Source: Candidatus Levybacteria bacterium RIFCSPHIGHO2_02_FULL_40_18 (GTDB lineage: Bacteria > Patescibacteriota > Microgenomatia > Levybacterales > GWA1-39-11). Taken from it: 64,000 bases of DNA. Below, piece after piece: positions 50,955 through 60,421 of this stretch (position 1 is its first letter; each line of letters opens with the position of its first letter). Location: assembly GCA_001782235.1 (NCBI GenBank), contig MFOC01000007.1, positions 13,094 to 77,093 of the forward strand, in the 5' to 3' direction. The notes beneath the pieces are model-generated. The model was not told where the DNA came from. It did not search any database and was given only the letters and a program-made list of their open reading frames with translations. Made by a program: the position numbers and the translations under genes.

Positions 50955-52226
50955 TTAAGACTTAAGTTTTGCGAAAGACAATCCTAAAACTAAGGCCAGC
51001 ATTATTTGGCCCTGCTCAAGGGTTAAGAAAAAGTGATCGAACATCCCGACAACTATTATCGATATTAATACGAACAGAGTACTCCTGTAAAAGGCTGTTG
51101 GCTGTTGGCTGTTGGCTGTTGGCTTATTAATAAGTGATCGAATTGCAAAGATAAACATTGCCGGAAAAATCCACCAACCAAATATTCCAAGTGAAAGAAA
51201 CGCTAAAACAAAAATATTATGAGGCGGCTGAAAAAGAATTGGAGATATATTCTTTATTAAATCAACCTGATGGACAAAAAAATTGTTAAGGCCTATTCCA
51301 AAATAAGGATTCCCCAAAAAAATTTGAAAGGACTGAATTAACAGGTCTTGTCTAAAATCTATACCCCTCAATAAAAATTGAGCACTTAATACATCAGGAA
51401 AAAAAATACTTACCAACCCTAACAGCCCCAACAGCCCTAAAACTATGAGCATAACATTGCGTTTTCCTTTCGTGTAAATTGCATAGAAGAAAAAACAAAT
51501 TGCTAAAAGAATTGTTATTCGAGAAAAAGTCAAAACTATACCCACAGTGGATAGCAAGATGCTTGATATTAAAACCCCTTTCACTGCCGAATTTTTTTCG
51601 TAAGGTAATCTAAAAACAGTGAACGCAGTGGTTGCAAGAAAGAAGAAAGCCAAAACATTTGGATGGGGGAAGGCAGCATACGGTCTTAAGACTAGATAGT
51701 CTAAATTAACTGTTGAAATTCCAATTGTTGAAATGTTAAAAGTTCGCTCTCCCAAAAAATACCAAAGACCGCCAATAGATGACTGTTTTATAAACTGCCA
51801 GATCGCAAGGACAGATGAAATAATTGCCGAAGTCGCAAGCATTATGACAAATGGTCGAATATAAATTCTGTCAAAAGTTTTTGCGATCAACAGCCCAAAA
51901 AGCCCGAATTCCACTAATTTTAGCATTCCAAACAGATGCACAGCGGGAGATTTAGATATAAATATGTTAAGAAGAATGCTGAGAAAAAAAAGCGCAAGTA
52001 GAGCGGCTGAAATTTTGTTAATCGCAAATTTAATCCTAAACAAAAGTTTAAAATTCAACAAAATAAATAAAATAATTAAAATATCAAGAAGATAGAGCGT
52101 CGGGGAAAGATAATCTATACGAATCCCATTGATGAATGAGAAAGCAGGCCAGAAATGAAGTCCCACTTGAGAAGAACTGAAGAAAACAATCAGAAAAAAT
52201 AAAATCTTGCGAACTTTATCTAGCAC
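50955..52226 (-). CDS. O-antigen ligase family membrane protein
   Basis: Multi-TM, RPYAAFPHPN, TFSR, GIGLNNF, PHN. Confidence 0.85.
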   Translation of the reverse strand: MLDKVRKILFFLIVFFSSSQVGLHFWPAFSFINGIRIDYLSPTLYLLDILIILFILLNFKLLFRIKFAINKISAALLALFFLSILLNIFISKSPAVHLFGMLKLVEFGLFGLLIAKTFDRIYIRPFVIMLATSAIISSVLAIWQFIKQSSIGGLWYFLGERTFNISTIGISTVNLDYLVLRPYAAFPHPNVLAFFFLATTAFTVFRLPYEKNSAVKGVLISSILLSTVGIVLTFSRITILLAICFFFYAIYTKGKRNVMLIVLGLLGLLGLVSIFFPDVLSAQFLLRGIDFRQDLLIQSFQIFLGNPYFGIGLNNFFVHQVDLIKNISPILFQPPHNIFVLAFLSLGIFGWWIFPAMFIFAIRSLINKPTANSQQPTAFYRSTLFVLISIIVVGMFDHFFLTLEQGQIMLALVLGLSFAKLKS

Positions 52227-52336
52227 GATGGGGGTAGTTTACCCCGTTAGATACCTCTTTTCAATATATAATTAAGTAGACGGATCTAACGGGGTCTACC
52301 AACAATAGAACAATGAAGCAATAGAATAATGAAGCT

Positions 52337-52786
52337 TTATTTCTTCCTAATTACCAGTGTCCTGTCTCGTTCTTCTCCCTCCGACTCGGTAATTACATCT
52401 TCGCTTTCTCCTAAATGCATGTGGATTATTCTTCTTTCCCAGGGCTTGAGTCCCCGCACTTGCTTCTCGGCTCCTGTTGCCAAAACCTCTTCTCTTAATC
52501 TATTCGCTAGATCTGTAAGATAATCTTCTCGTGCCTGCCGGTATCCACCGACCTCTAAAATTATTCTTTGAAACTCGCCAATTTTTTTTGCCACAATGAG
52601 TGAAAGAACTAATTCGAGTGAAGAGAGTGTATTGCCGTGTTTCCCAATCAAAAGGGCGTTTTCGGCGGCATTAATATGGACGCTAAATCCCTCATCTGCT
52701 TCTTTAACCTCAACATCGGCATCTATTCCAGCTTTTTCAAGAAGTTTTTCTGTTTCCTCTTTTATAATTTTAAATTTTTCTTCCAT
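52337..52786 (-). CDS. jag: Jag/KhpB RNA-binding protein (KH + R3H)
   Basis: LIGKHG, ERRIIH; downstream of yidC. Confidence 0.9.
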   Translation of the reverse strand: MEEKFKIIKEETEKLLEKAGIDADVEVKEADEGFSVHINAAENALLIGKHGNTLSSLELVLSLIVAKKIGEFQRIILEVGGYRQAREDYLTDLANRLREEVLATGAEKQVRGLKPWERRIIHMHLGESEDVITESEGEERDRTLVIRKK

Positions 52787-52861
52787 GAAGTGTATAAATA
52801 GCTTAAATAGCTAAATGGCTGCATGGTTTTTAAAACTATTTAACTATTCTAGCCATTCTAA

Positions 52862-53671
52862 CTATTTCTTTATTCCGATTTTGCTAAATAACTTAGCTGC
52901 CCCTCCCGGGCCCACTAATAAATACTGCTGGAGTATACCAAAAATAGTGAACGTATTCCAATACAAAGAGAGTCCAACTGGTAAAGTAAAAGAGAAAAAT
53001 CCAATCATTACTGGGAAAATAAAAAGCGACTGTTTTTGGAATGCTGCTTGAAAATCGTCCTCTTTCGTCCCCGGAACTTGGGGAATATCTGAAGTCATCA
53101 TTTTGGATAAGAGAAATTGTAGCACCCCTGTCAAAACCGGAATCAAAACTAGATAGGGGGCCGCTGCCCAAAGCTTTGAAGGCGTAGCGCCAAGAGGAAC
53201 CCCAAGAAACATTGTATCCCAGACCGTAGAAAGTTTTAAAAAGTCAAAATATATGACATTATTGAGCTTTGAGAGACCATCGTTAGAATTGATAGCAACA
53301 GCCATGATTAATACCTGATAAAGCCCGAAAATAATAGGCATCTGTATTAGTAAAGGCAAACACCCGGCGGCAGGATTTATTTTGTGTTCGCGATAAACTC
53401 TCATCATCTCCTCCTGCTGTTTTTTCTTATCTTCTTTATATTTCTCCTTGACATCTCTCATTAAGGGAGCTAATTTTTGCATTTGGTAAGCGGACTTAAC
53501 CTGTGCTGCAGTCAGCGGCCAAAGAATCAATCTAATTAAAACCGTCAGAAGAATTATTGAAAAACCTAAGGCAAATGGGATCCCAATAGAATTAATCGAT
53601 TGATAGGAAGCGACCAGTAGATTGATAATTGGATTTGTAAATAATGTATTAAAGATCTCAAAAATTCCCAT
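52862..53671 (-). CDS. yidC: membrane protein insertase
   Basis: NPAAGCLPLLIQMP, GLSLYW. Confidence 0.95.
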   Translation of the reverse strand: MGIFEIFNTLFTNPIINLLVASYQSINSIGIPFALGFSIILLTVLIRLILWPLTAAQVKSAYQMQKLAPLMRDVKEKYKEDKKKQQEEMMRVYREHKINPAAGCLPLLIQMPIIFGLYQVLIMAVAINSNDGLSKLNNVIYFDFLKLSTVWDTMFLGVPLGATPSKLWAAAPYLVLIPVLTGVLQFLLSKMMTSDIPQVPGTKEDDFQAAFQKQSLFIFPVMIGFFSFTLPVGLSLYWNTFTIFGILQQYLLVGPGGAAKLFSKIGIKK

Positions 53672-53986
53672 TTAAATTTCTTCTATCAAATCTAGCACTT
53701 GTTCAACTTCATCCTCAAGGTTTGCTATATCAAGAGCTCTTCTTTTAATGTAAAATACAAGGTTGACAGCACGGCTTTTGTCAATCTTATCGGAAAGCAT
53801 TCTTAATAATTTTCTCTTTATTTTATTACGAATTACTGCCTTCTTGTGAACTTTTTTGCTAACAACTACCGCTGTTTTTAATCCGCCCTCGCGATTCTTC
53901 CCATATCTTAAGGTAAATGATGGAAAAGACTTTGCTTTGTTGGGTAATCCCTTCTTAAAAGAAAACCTATGTTCTTTAGGTAACAT
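53672..53986 (-). CDS. rnpA: RNase P protein component
   Basis: VSKKVHKKAVIRNKIKR; synteny. Confidence 0.93.
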   Translation of the reverse strand: MLPKEHRFSFKKGLPNKAKSFPSFTLRYGKNREGGLKTAVVVSKKVHKKAVIRNKIKRKLLRMLSDKIDKSRAVNLVFYIKRRALDIANLEDEVEQVLDLIEEI

Positions 53987-54049
53987 GGCTCGAAATAGTT
54001 GAATAGCTAAATGGTTCTAAACCATGCAACCATGTAGCTATTTTAACCA

Positions 54050-54181
54050 TTAAACTCTTTTTCTGCCCCTCAGTCTTCTCCTCTTGATTACCTGTTTTCC
54101 TGTCCGGTTCTTTATTCGATGGCGAAACCCATGCTTCCTCGCATGTCTCAACTTTTTAGTTTTCCTAACTTTTTCCGGCAT
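54050..54181 (-). CDS. rpmH: 50S ribosomal protein L34
   Basis: MPEKVRKTKKLRHARKHGFRHRIKNRTGKQVIKRRRLRGRKRV; upstream of rnpA. Confidence 0.93.
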   Translation of the reverse strand: MPEKVRKTKKLRHARKHGFRHRIKNRTGKQVIKRRRLRGRKRV

Positions 54182-54266
54182 AAGAAGTAATAATACCAAA
54201 AACAAACCTTCGAAACAATAGAACTGTTTTGCTTTTTAAAACCTTTTAAAGTAAAATCAGGGACAA

Positions 54267-54869
54267 ATGAGTCTGGCAGAAAGACTTAACGAACGAGTTC
54301 CCAATAATGAAGACGTTATCCTGCTTAGAAGGACAAGAATTAACTATGACGCTGATAAAACATCCGCATTGGCAACCGCTAAAAGACGCCTTATCGATTC
54401 GGGATCTTTTGATATTGTTGAAGAACTCTTAGAACTTGTTGAGGGTTCATGGGTTAACTTTAGTGAGGATAATCCACCTTCCGGCTTGCCCGTCTTAGGT
54501 AATCGTTCCCCATTTTTGGGTTTGGGACTTTATCGGGGACGGGATAGTACAATTACATATAACAAGTGGGTTAAGATTGAGTTTGGTTGGATTAATAAAA
54601 TAAGAGATGAAGAGGAAGATATTTCTGTTTCGGGGGAAGGATCAAAAAGCTTTTTAGCTATAACGGCACCGGAAACTTCTGACCAAATTATTATAGGAGC
54701 CAGTTCATATGATCTGGCTTTTCTTTCTGACCCAATCCGCTTCAAATATACTCTGTCAAGAGAACAATATTTAAACAGAGAACTTTTTGAAAACGTGATT
54801 GTGGAAGCTTCAGTTTTAGCAGGTTTAACAAAACCAAACTTAAAGTTGAAGGGAGCCAGAAATGAGTGA
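54267..54869 (+). CDS. hypothetical protein, paralog of 55587-56150
   Basis: Shared MSLxERL...ILLRRTR...EELLE...IVEA..LAGLT. Confidence 0.8.
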   Translation: MSLAERLNERVPNNEDVILLRRTRINYDADKTSALATAKRRLIDSGSFDIVEELLELVEGSWVNFSEDNPPSGLPVLGNRSPFLGLGLYRGRDSTITYNKWVKIEFGWINKIRDEEEDISVSGEGSKSFLAITAPETSDQIIIGASSYDLAFLSDPIRFKYTLSREQYLNRELFENVIVEASVLAGLTKPNLKLKGARNE

Positions 54870-55485
54870 TTTTGAGAGAGAGCTAAAAAGAGCGAAAGTT
54901 GAGGCAGAAAGGGCCAGATTGCAAGAGGAAGCAAGAAAAAATAGAGAGGCTGATGAGCAAGATAGAACTTACAGGCAGAGAGTAAGGCAACTTGAGCAGT
55001 TAAGAGAACAAGAGGTAGATAGATATTTGGCCCCGTTTAAGAGCACGGTTGATAGATTGCTGAAAGATCTGGGTAACGCCACTTGGGGTGCGGGCAAATA
55101 CGGTTTCATCTTTAGAAAAGGGGTTCGTGTGGGGGGTTCCGGTTCTGGGCCAGAAGTTGAAAACAAAAATCACATCGCGACTTGGATTATTGGGAGACAG
55201 GAATATTTTAGTAGCATCGGTAGCCTTTTCGGTAGTGGGCATGTTTGGCGTCCTATAACTAATAAAGGCAAGTACGGCGAGGAACCCACTGGCTGTAGTG
55301 AGTATTTCTATGTTAATTTAGGTATGGAGAGTCCGCAAGGCACTTTCCACTTTGAGGGGTTAGACGGAATTACTACTGGCTCCTCAGAATCTGAACTTAA
55401 AGAAATGCTAAAAAGAGCTTATCTAGAGGGGCCTAAAAAAACATATCCTCATGTAACATATGACGCACATGGCCTTGGAGGCTAG
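54862..55485 (+). CDS. hypothetical protein, N-terminal coiled coil
   Basis: 207-aa ORF overlapping the previous gene. Confidence 0.75.
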   Translation: MSDFERELKRAKVEAERARLQEEARKNREADEQDRTYRQRVRQLEQLREQEVDRYLAPFKSTVDRLLKDLGNATWGAGKYGFIFRKGVRVGGSGSGPEVENKNHIATWIIGRQEYFSSIGSLFGSGHVWRPITNKGKYGEEPTGCSEYFYVNLGMESPQGTFHFEGLDGITTGSSESELKEMLKRAYLEGPKKTYPHVTYDAHGLGG

Positions 55486-55586
55486 TTTTTATAGAATAGC
55501 CTCAAAAGGCTAGGCCTTGGCGAGCTTACGAGACTAGAATTGTTCGTTTTGCTTTTTAAAACCTTTTGGAGTAAAATCTGACCAAA

Positions 55587-56150
55587 ATGAGCTTAAAAGA
55601 GAGGCTTGAGGCAAGGGCTCCAAAAAACGAATCTACTATATTACTCCGGAGAACCAGGCTAGAATTTGAGCAGGATAGAAATAGTCATTTGGCTCCAGTT
55701 AGAAAAAGGCTGTTAACATCGGGGGTGTTCGAAGTATTAGAAGAACTCTTGGAAACGGTTGAAGATTCTCGATTTAGCGTCAGTCCAAACTATCAGGAGT
55801 TCCCTCCCCAGCATATTCCTGCCACCGCTGCGACAGCCCTTATATGTTCTTGGGCAGTCTTTAAGACTTTTGAACATATCGACGGCGAACCTGATTTGAA
55901 ACAAACCTCAAGACGGTCTGTAAAAATTACTGCCTTCTTAAATTCGGACAATATCGAAGTTGCATCAAGAGAAGACACCGTTTTATTTTTTGAAAATAGG
56001 CGAGACCCCTTGCTACCGTCAGGCAAAGAGGTTTTCAGAAAAACCTTATCCCCTAAAGAATGGCAGAATGGGGATTTGTTTGAAACTACAATTGTTGAGG
56101 CTTTAACCTTAGCTGGGCTAACAAGATCTCAGCTAAATTTGGGAAATTAA
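55587..56150 (+). CDS. hypothetical protein, paralog of 54267-54869
   Basis: Protein and upstream DNA similarity. Confidence 0.8.
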   Translation: MSLKERLEARAPKNESTILLRRTRLEFEQDRNSHLAPVRKRLLTSGVFEVLEELLETVEDSRFSVSPNYQEFPPQHIPATAATALICSWAVFKTFEHIDGEPDLKQTSRRSVKITAFLNSDNIEVASREDTVLFFENRRDPLLPSGKEVFRKTLSPKEWQNGDLFETTIVEALTLAGLTRSQLNLGN

Positions 56151-56929
56151 AGAAGTTTAGGGATCAAGGAACTTCGATAGTCCTCACCGACAATTTTGCC
56201 AAGGTCTTTTCTAATCCATTCCTCGCCTTTTCTTTGAAGGTCTTGTGGGAGAGTGGAAGTTTGAGTTGATTTAGTGCACATACCAACTAAGAGATTTTCA
56301 ATTGCTTCTTTGGTTGCTCCTAAAAAATCAAACCCATCTGGATATGTTTTGGGAGAGCCGTAATTTACGGGTTTAGGATTGTTCGGATAAATAGTTCGGC
56401 TGAAACTTGAGGTGCGGCCATCCCCATATTCAATCAAAACGTCGGAATTACAGTAAACAATGAAGGGGAATTCACGGCCTGAATTGTCTGGAACTATGGA
56501 GATTCCCAAGGTAATAAATTTCTTTCCTTCAGTGCGTACTAATTTATACTTTTTCACGCCATTGCCAGAAGTGTATCTTAAGTCTACTCCTATAAAGGGG
56601 GGTGAGCTTTCAGTGTGTGAGAATTCTTTTTTTAAGGTTGGATATTTAAAGCTAAGTTCGTATTCAGCATTTAAAATTACCGATCCCGGATCTTGGGGAT
56701 CAGCGATAATTCTTGGATCTGTTATTTGTCCTGCTTTCCAGACATCGCGCCTTATTCCTTCCAGCATTTCCCTTATGCCAAGAGTTTGGAGAATAGCAAT
56801 TGCTTCGGGGGTTTTTCTTTTGATCTCTTCGGCCCTTCTCGTAGCGTCTTCTCGAGCTTTTCTTTGTCTTGCCTCTTCTTCTCTTTGAGGTTTTAGAAGC
56901 TCATCTCTAATTCTTTCTTGCCAGTTCAC
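56147..56929 (-). CDS. hypothetical protein, N-terminal coiled coil
   Basis: Long ORF; GTG start chosen downstream of a TATCAT hexamer. Confidence 0.72.
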   Translation of the reverse strand: MNWQERIRDELLKPQREEEARQRKAREDATRRAEEIKRKTPEAIAILQTLGIREMLEGIRRDVWKAGQITDPRIIADPQDPGSVILNAEYELSFKYPTLKKEFSHTESSPPFIGVDLRYTSGNGVKKYKLVRTEGKKFITLGISIVPDNSGREFPFIVYCNSDVLIEYGDGRTSSFSRTIYPNNPKPVNYGSPKTYPDGFDFLGATKEAIENLLVGMCTKSTQTSTLPQDLQRKGEEWIRKDLGKIVGEDYRSSLIPKLL

Positions 56930-57054
56930 GGTGGAGAGATGATAACAAATCATGGGTCTTAAGTCAAAAATGTCTTTGTGAGGGTTTAGCGGGAGGAGCG
57001 GTGGAAACTTACTTAATACTTGATACTTAATACTTAATACTTTATTCTAATTAC

Positions 57055-58137
57055 ATGGTACGGGTTGCAATCAATGGTTATGGAAGAATTGGTAGAGTGG
57101 CGCATCGAGTGATTCTTCTTTCGCACACGGATGAAATCGATGTTGTTGCCATAAATGCTGGATCCTCAACTGATATAACCGGTTGGATGTATCTTTTAAA
57201 ATACGATACTGTTTATGGCGCCCTGCAAAATACTAATCTTTCGGTCAAAAAAGCAGAGGAAGTAAAACTACCATTCGAATCTCAAGCGTTGCCAATAGGC
57301 GCGCTTATTATTAATTCGAAAGAAATTCCTGTCTTCTCTGAAAAGGAGCCTGAAAAACTTCCGTGGCGGGACTTAAATGTTGATGTTGTAATTGAATCGA
57401 CTGGCCACTTTACAACCAACGAGGGTTTGCAAAAACATATTACTGCAGGATCAAAGGCAGCAATTTTATCTGCGCCATATAAAGATGAAGCTTCAGGTAG
57501 CACTTATGTTTTAGGGGTAAACCTTCCACAAGATGGATCTATTCGAACCGAGAATATTGTGAGCAATGCCTCTTGTACTACAAATTGTATTACTCCGATT
57601 GCACATGTAATAGAGCAAGCTTTTGGAATAGAAAAAGCCATGATGACAACAATTCATGGATATACATCGGATCAAAGAATTCAGGACGGAGGACACAAAG
57701 ATTATAGACGCGCAAGAGCTGCGGCAGAAAACATTATCCCAACATCAACAGGCGCGACAAAAGCTGCTGCAAAAGCTATCCCAACGCTCGAAGGAAAATT
57801 TAACGGGCTGGCGATTCGCGTTCCGGTGCCAACAGGATCTTTATCGGACTTTACTTTTTTGGTAAAGCGAAATACAACCGTTGAAGAAGTTAATCAAGCA
57901 CTTGAACAAGCATCCAAAGAGCCGCAATTCGAAGGAATACTGCAGGTGACCCACGATCCAATAGTCTCATCAGATATAATCGGAAATTACCATTCGGCAA
58001 TCGCAGATCTTTCCCTCACGCAAGTTGTCGGCGGGAACATGGTAAAAGTGATTGCCTGGTATGATAACGAATTCGGCTACTCAAATAGATTGGTAGAAGA
58101 AGCAATTATTCTAGGCAAGCAAGTCCTTCCAACATAA
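57055..58137 (+). CDS. gap: glyceraldehyde-3-phosphate dehydrogenase
   Basis: INGYGRIGR, SNASCTTNC, WYDNE. Confidence 0.97.
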   Translation: MVRVAINGYGRIGRVAHRVILLSHTDEIDVVAINAGSSTDITGWMYLLKYDTVYGALQNTNLSVKKAEEVKLPFESQALPIGALIINSKEIPVFSEKEPEKLPWRDLNVDVVIESTGHFTTNEGLQKHITAGSKAAILSAPYKDEASGSTYVLGVNLPQDGSIRTENIVSNASCTTNCITPIAHVIEQAFGIEKAMMTTIHGYTSDQRIQDGGHKDYRRARAAAENIIPTSTGATKAAAKAIPTLEGKFNGLAIRVPVPTGSLSDFTFLVKRNTTVEEVNQALEQASKEPQFEGILQVTHDPIVSSDIIGNYHSAIADLSLTQVVGGNMVKVIAWYDNEFGYSNRLVEEAIILGKQVLPT

Positions 58138-58231
58138 TTCAAAATTCAAAGGTCAAAGGTCAAAAGTTAAAGTAAAAATCCAAAAGATTTAGAGACTTTT
58201 AACTTCTGCGGTCTTTTTGCTATACTACATT

Positions 58232-58816
58232 ATGGCTTCGCCGTTTGATGTTCCCGGTATTCGTATTGTTACTATTTCCGGCCGCATTGCCTCGGGTTCT
58301 ACAACGCTTGCAAATCATTTGGCAGAAAAATTAGGATGGCGTCATCTTGAAGGTGGAGAAATATTTTGGGAAACGGTTCGAAAGAAAATGGGACTTGCAG
58401 AGAAAGATACAAATCTTCGGCCTGACCAGGAGGACGAATTATTTGATGCAAAGCTTAAACAGATTCTAAAAGAAGAAAAGCACATTGTTCTTGAAACAAA
58501 ACTTGCGGCTTTTAATGCACAGGAGATTGAAGGAATATTTAAGATTCTTGTTCTTTGCGAGAAGAATGGGGAAGACCAGCCGCAAATAAGAATTGACCGT
58601 TTAATAAATCGTGAGGGTATAAGCGTTGATGAGGCAAAGGAAGAAGTTTTACACCGAGAGCAAAGTGACCTTGAAAAATGGAGAAAACTCTATGCAAACT
58701 CTGACCCCAATTGGGTTTATTGGGACAAAAAATATTATGATCTAGTTATTAATACATATGACAAAAATAGTGAACAAACCTTCCAGACTGCCCTCACAGC
58801 TTTAGGTATTGGTTGA
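58232..58816 (+). CDS. cmk: cytidylate kinase (archaeal-like)
   Basis: ISGRIASGSTT P-loop, YDLVINT. Confidence 0.75.
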   Translation: MASPFDVPGIRIVTISGRIASGSTTLANHLAEKLGWRHLEGGEIFWETVRKKMGLAEKDTNLRPDQEDELFDAKLKQILKEEKHIVLETKLAAFNAQEIEGIFKILVLCEKNGEDQPQIRIDRLINREGISVDEAKEEVLHREQSDLEKWRKLYANSDPNWVYWDKKYYDLVINTYDKNSEQTFQTALTALGIG

Positions 58817-58928
58817 TGGGTTTAGTTTGTGCTGCCAGTATGGTCATAGTTTGAGTTTTAGATCAAAACTTACCGAAAACCACACCCAGTTACCATACGA
58901 GCTGCCACAACCATGCCTTCTAAACTAG

Positions 58929-59294
58929 TCAAAACCCCGATATATTCTCAAGATGCTCAAGACTTTCTACCTTGTTACCGGGCGAAAGAATAATACCTAT
59001 TGCGTCTATTCGCATAAAATCTGGGAGATTAGGATGGAGTTGTTTGTAAAATTGCGCGAGACGTACAAGATGTTTTAATTTCCAAGGGGTAATTGATTCA
59101 AAAGGCGAGCCGAACGAATCAGATCTTCGAGTCTTGACTTCAACAAATACCAAAGTCGAATTTTTGATTGCAATAATATCTATTTCTTGATATTTCTTGC
59201 GAAAGTTTCGCTCAATAATCTTATAGCCTTTGCTCACCAAATACTCGCACGCCAAATCCTCCCCTATTTTTGCAATCGGATTGACTATTTTCAT
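58929..59294 (-). CDS. YraN family nuclease
   Basis: GEDLA, EIDII, FVEVKTR, RIDAI. Confidence 0.92.
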   Translation of the reverse strand: MKIVNPIAKIGEDLACEYLVSKGYKIIERNFRKKYQEIDIIAIKNSTLVFVEVKTRRSDSFGSPFESITPWKLKHLVRLAQFYKQLHPNLPDFMRIDAIGIILSPGNKVESLEHLENISGF

Positions 59295-60421
59295 TTTTCA
59301 AGAGGGGTGAGGCCGGGGAGTTTGTGGCCGGACAGGAATTCTAGCATTGCACCGCCGCCGGTTGAGACAAAATCGAAATTATCAAGAAGATTTATTCGGC
59401 GAAGATACGCCAATGTGTCTCCCCCTCCAACCACTTTATACGCTTTTGTCGAAACAATAAATTCTGCAAGTTCTCGTGTGCCTTGCTCGCTATCTATTTT
59501 GTCAGAAAAATTGATCATTCCGACTGGCCCGTTCCAAACAATAGTCGCGGCCAACCCCAAAATCTGTTTAAAATTCTCTATTGACTTTGGAGTAATATCA
59601 AAACCGTCTTCTCTCAAATCCGCCACTAACACCGCGGACTTTGGCCCTTTTATTTCTTCGTGCTGAACCTTTATTAAAACGCGGGTTTGTTCGGCAATTT
59701 CTCCGCCAACCAGAACATAGTCGGCAACATGGTGCATCTTTGAAACCAGGGGCAGTTTTGTTTCAATTTTTGCCCCTCCAATAAGTACCGCTAGGGGACG
59801 TCTTGCCGCCGGCCCAGAGGGCCTCTGGCCCGGAAGGGGATTATTTAAAATCTTTGAAAGTTCACTAACTTCTTTTGCAAGATGCAATCCGGAATAAGAA
59901 GAAAGAAATTTTGTCACCCCCACAATACTTGCGTGTTCGCGATGACAAACCGCAAAAGCATCATTAACATAAATATCTCCCAGAAGCGCCAATTCACGAG
60001 CGAACGCGAGTCCTGAGGCGGTCGTTGGATTCTTTTCTTCTCCTTTGAAGAATCGAACGTTTTCGATGAGATTAATTCGATCAGTAATTTTCCACCCTGG
60101 AAAATCTCCAATTTTTGTCTCTTCGACTTTCCCATCGAATTTTTTCGCGTACCAATGCGCAATCGATTTTAAACTAAATTCGTTATTTATACTTAATACT
60201 TTATACTTACTACTTAATACTGGCTCCGGCCGCCCAAGATGTCCTACAATATTCACATCCGCCCCTTTTTTTAATAGAAATTCGATTGTCGGAATCGCAG
60301 AAGAAAGTCTTGTATCATCTATTATTCGACCATTTTCGATATCGACATCAGTATCAATCCTAAGCAAAACAGTTTTTCCAGAAAGATCTGAGAGAGAATC
60401 TATTGCGCGAAGTTTACTCAT
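59291..60421 (-). CDS. pgk: phosphoglycerate kinase
   Basis: HLGRP, ENVRF, NDAF, GGAK, WNGP, GGGDT, STGGGA. Confidence 0.95.
   Translation of the reverse strand: MSKLRAIDSLSDLSGKTVLLRIDTDVDIENGRIIDDTRLSSAIPTIEFLLKKGADVNIVGHLGRPEPVLSSKYKVLSINNEFSLKSIAHWYAKKFDGKVEETKIGDFPGWKITDRINLIENVRFFKGEEKNPTTASGLAFARELALLGDIYVNDAFAVCHREHASIVGVTKFLSSYSGLHLAKEVSELSKILNNPLPGQRPSGPAARRPLAVLIGGAKIETKLPLVSKMHHVADYVLVGGEIAEQTRVLIKVQHEEIKGPKSAVLVADLREDGFDITPKSIENFKQILGLAATIVWNGPVGMINFSDKIDSEQGTRELAEFIVSTKAYKVVGGGDTLAYLRRINLLDNFDFVSTGGGAMLEFLSGHKLPGLTPLEK

Noticed and set aside
54182..54266. oriC next to rpmH
   Set aside because: No dnaA gene and no TTATCCACA boxes seen.
4021..60221. Short repeat tracts as CRISPR arrays
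   Set aside because: Units are 7-9 nt, contiguous and spacerless, and no cas genes are present.
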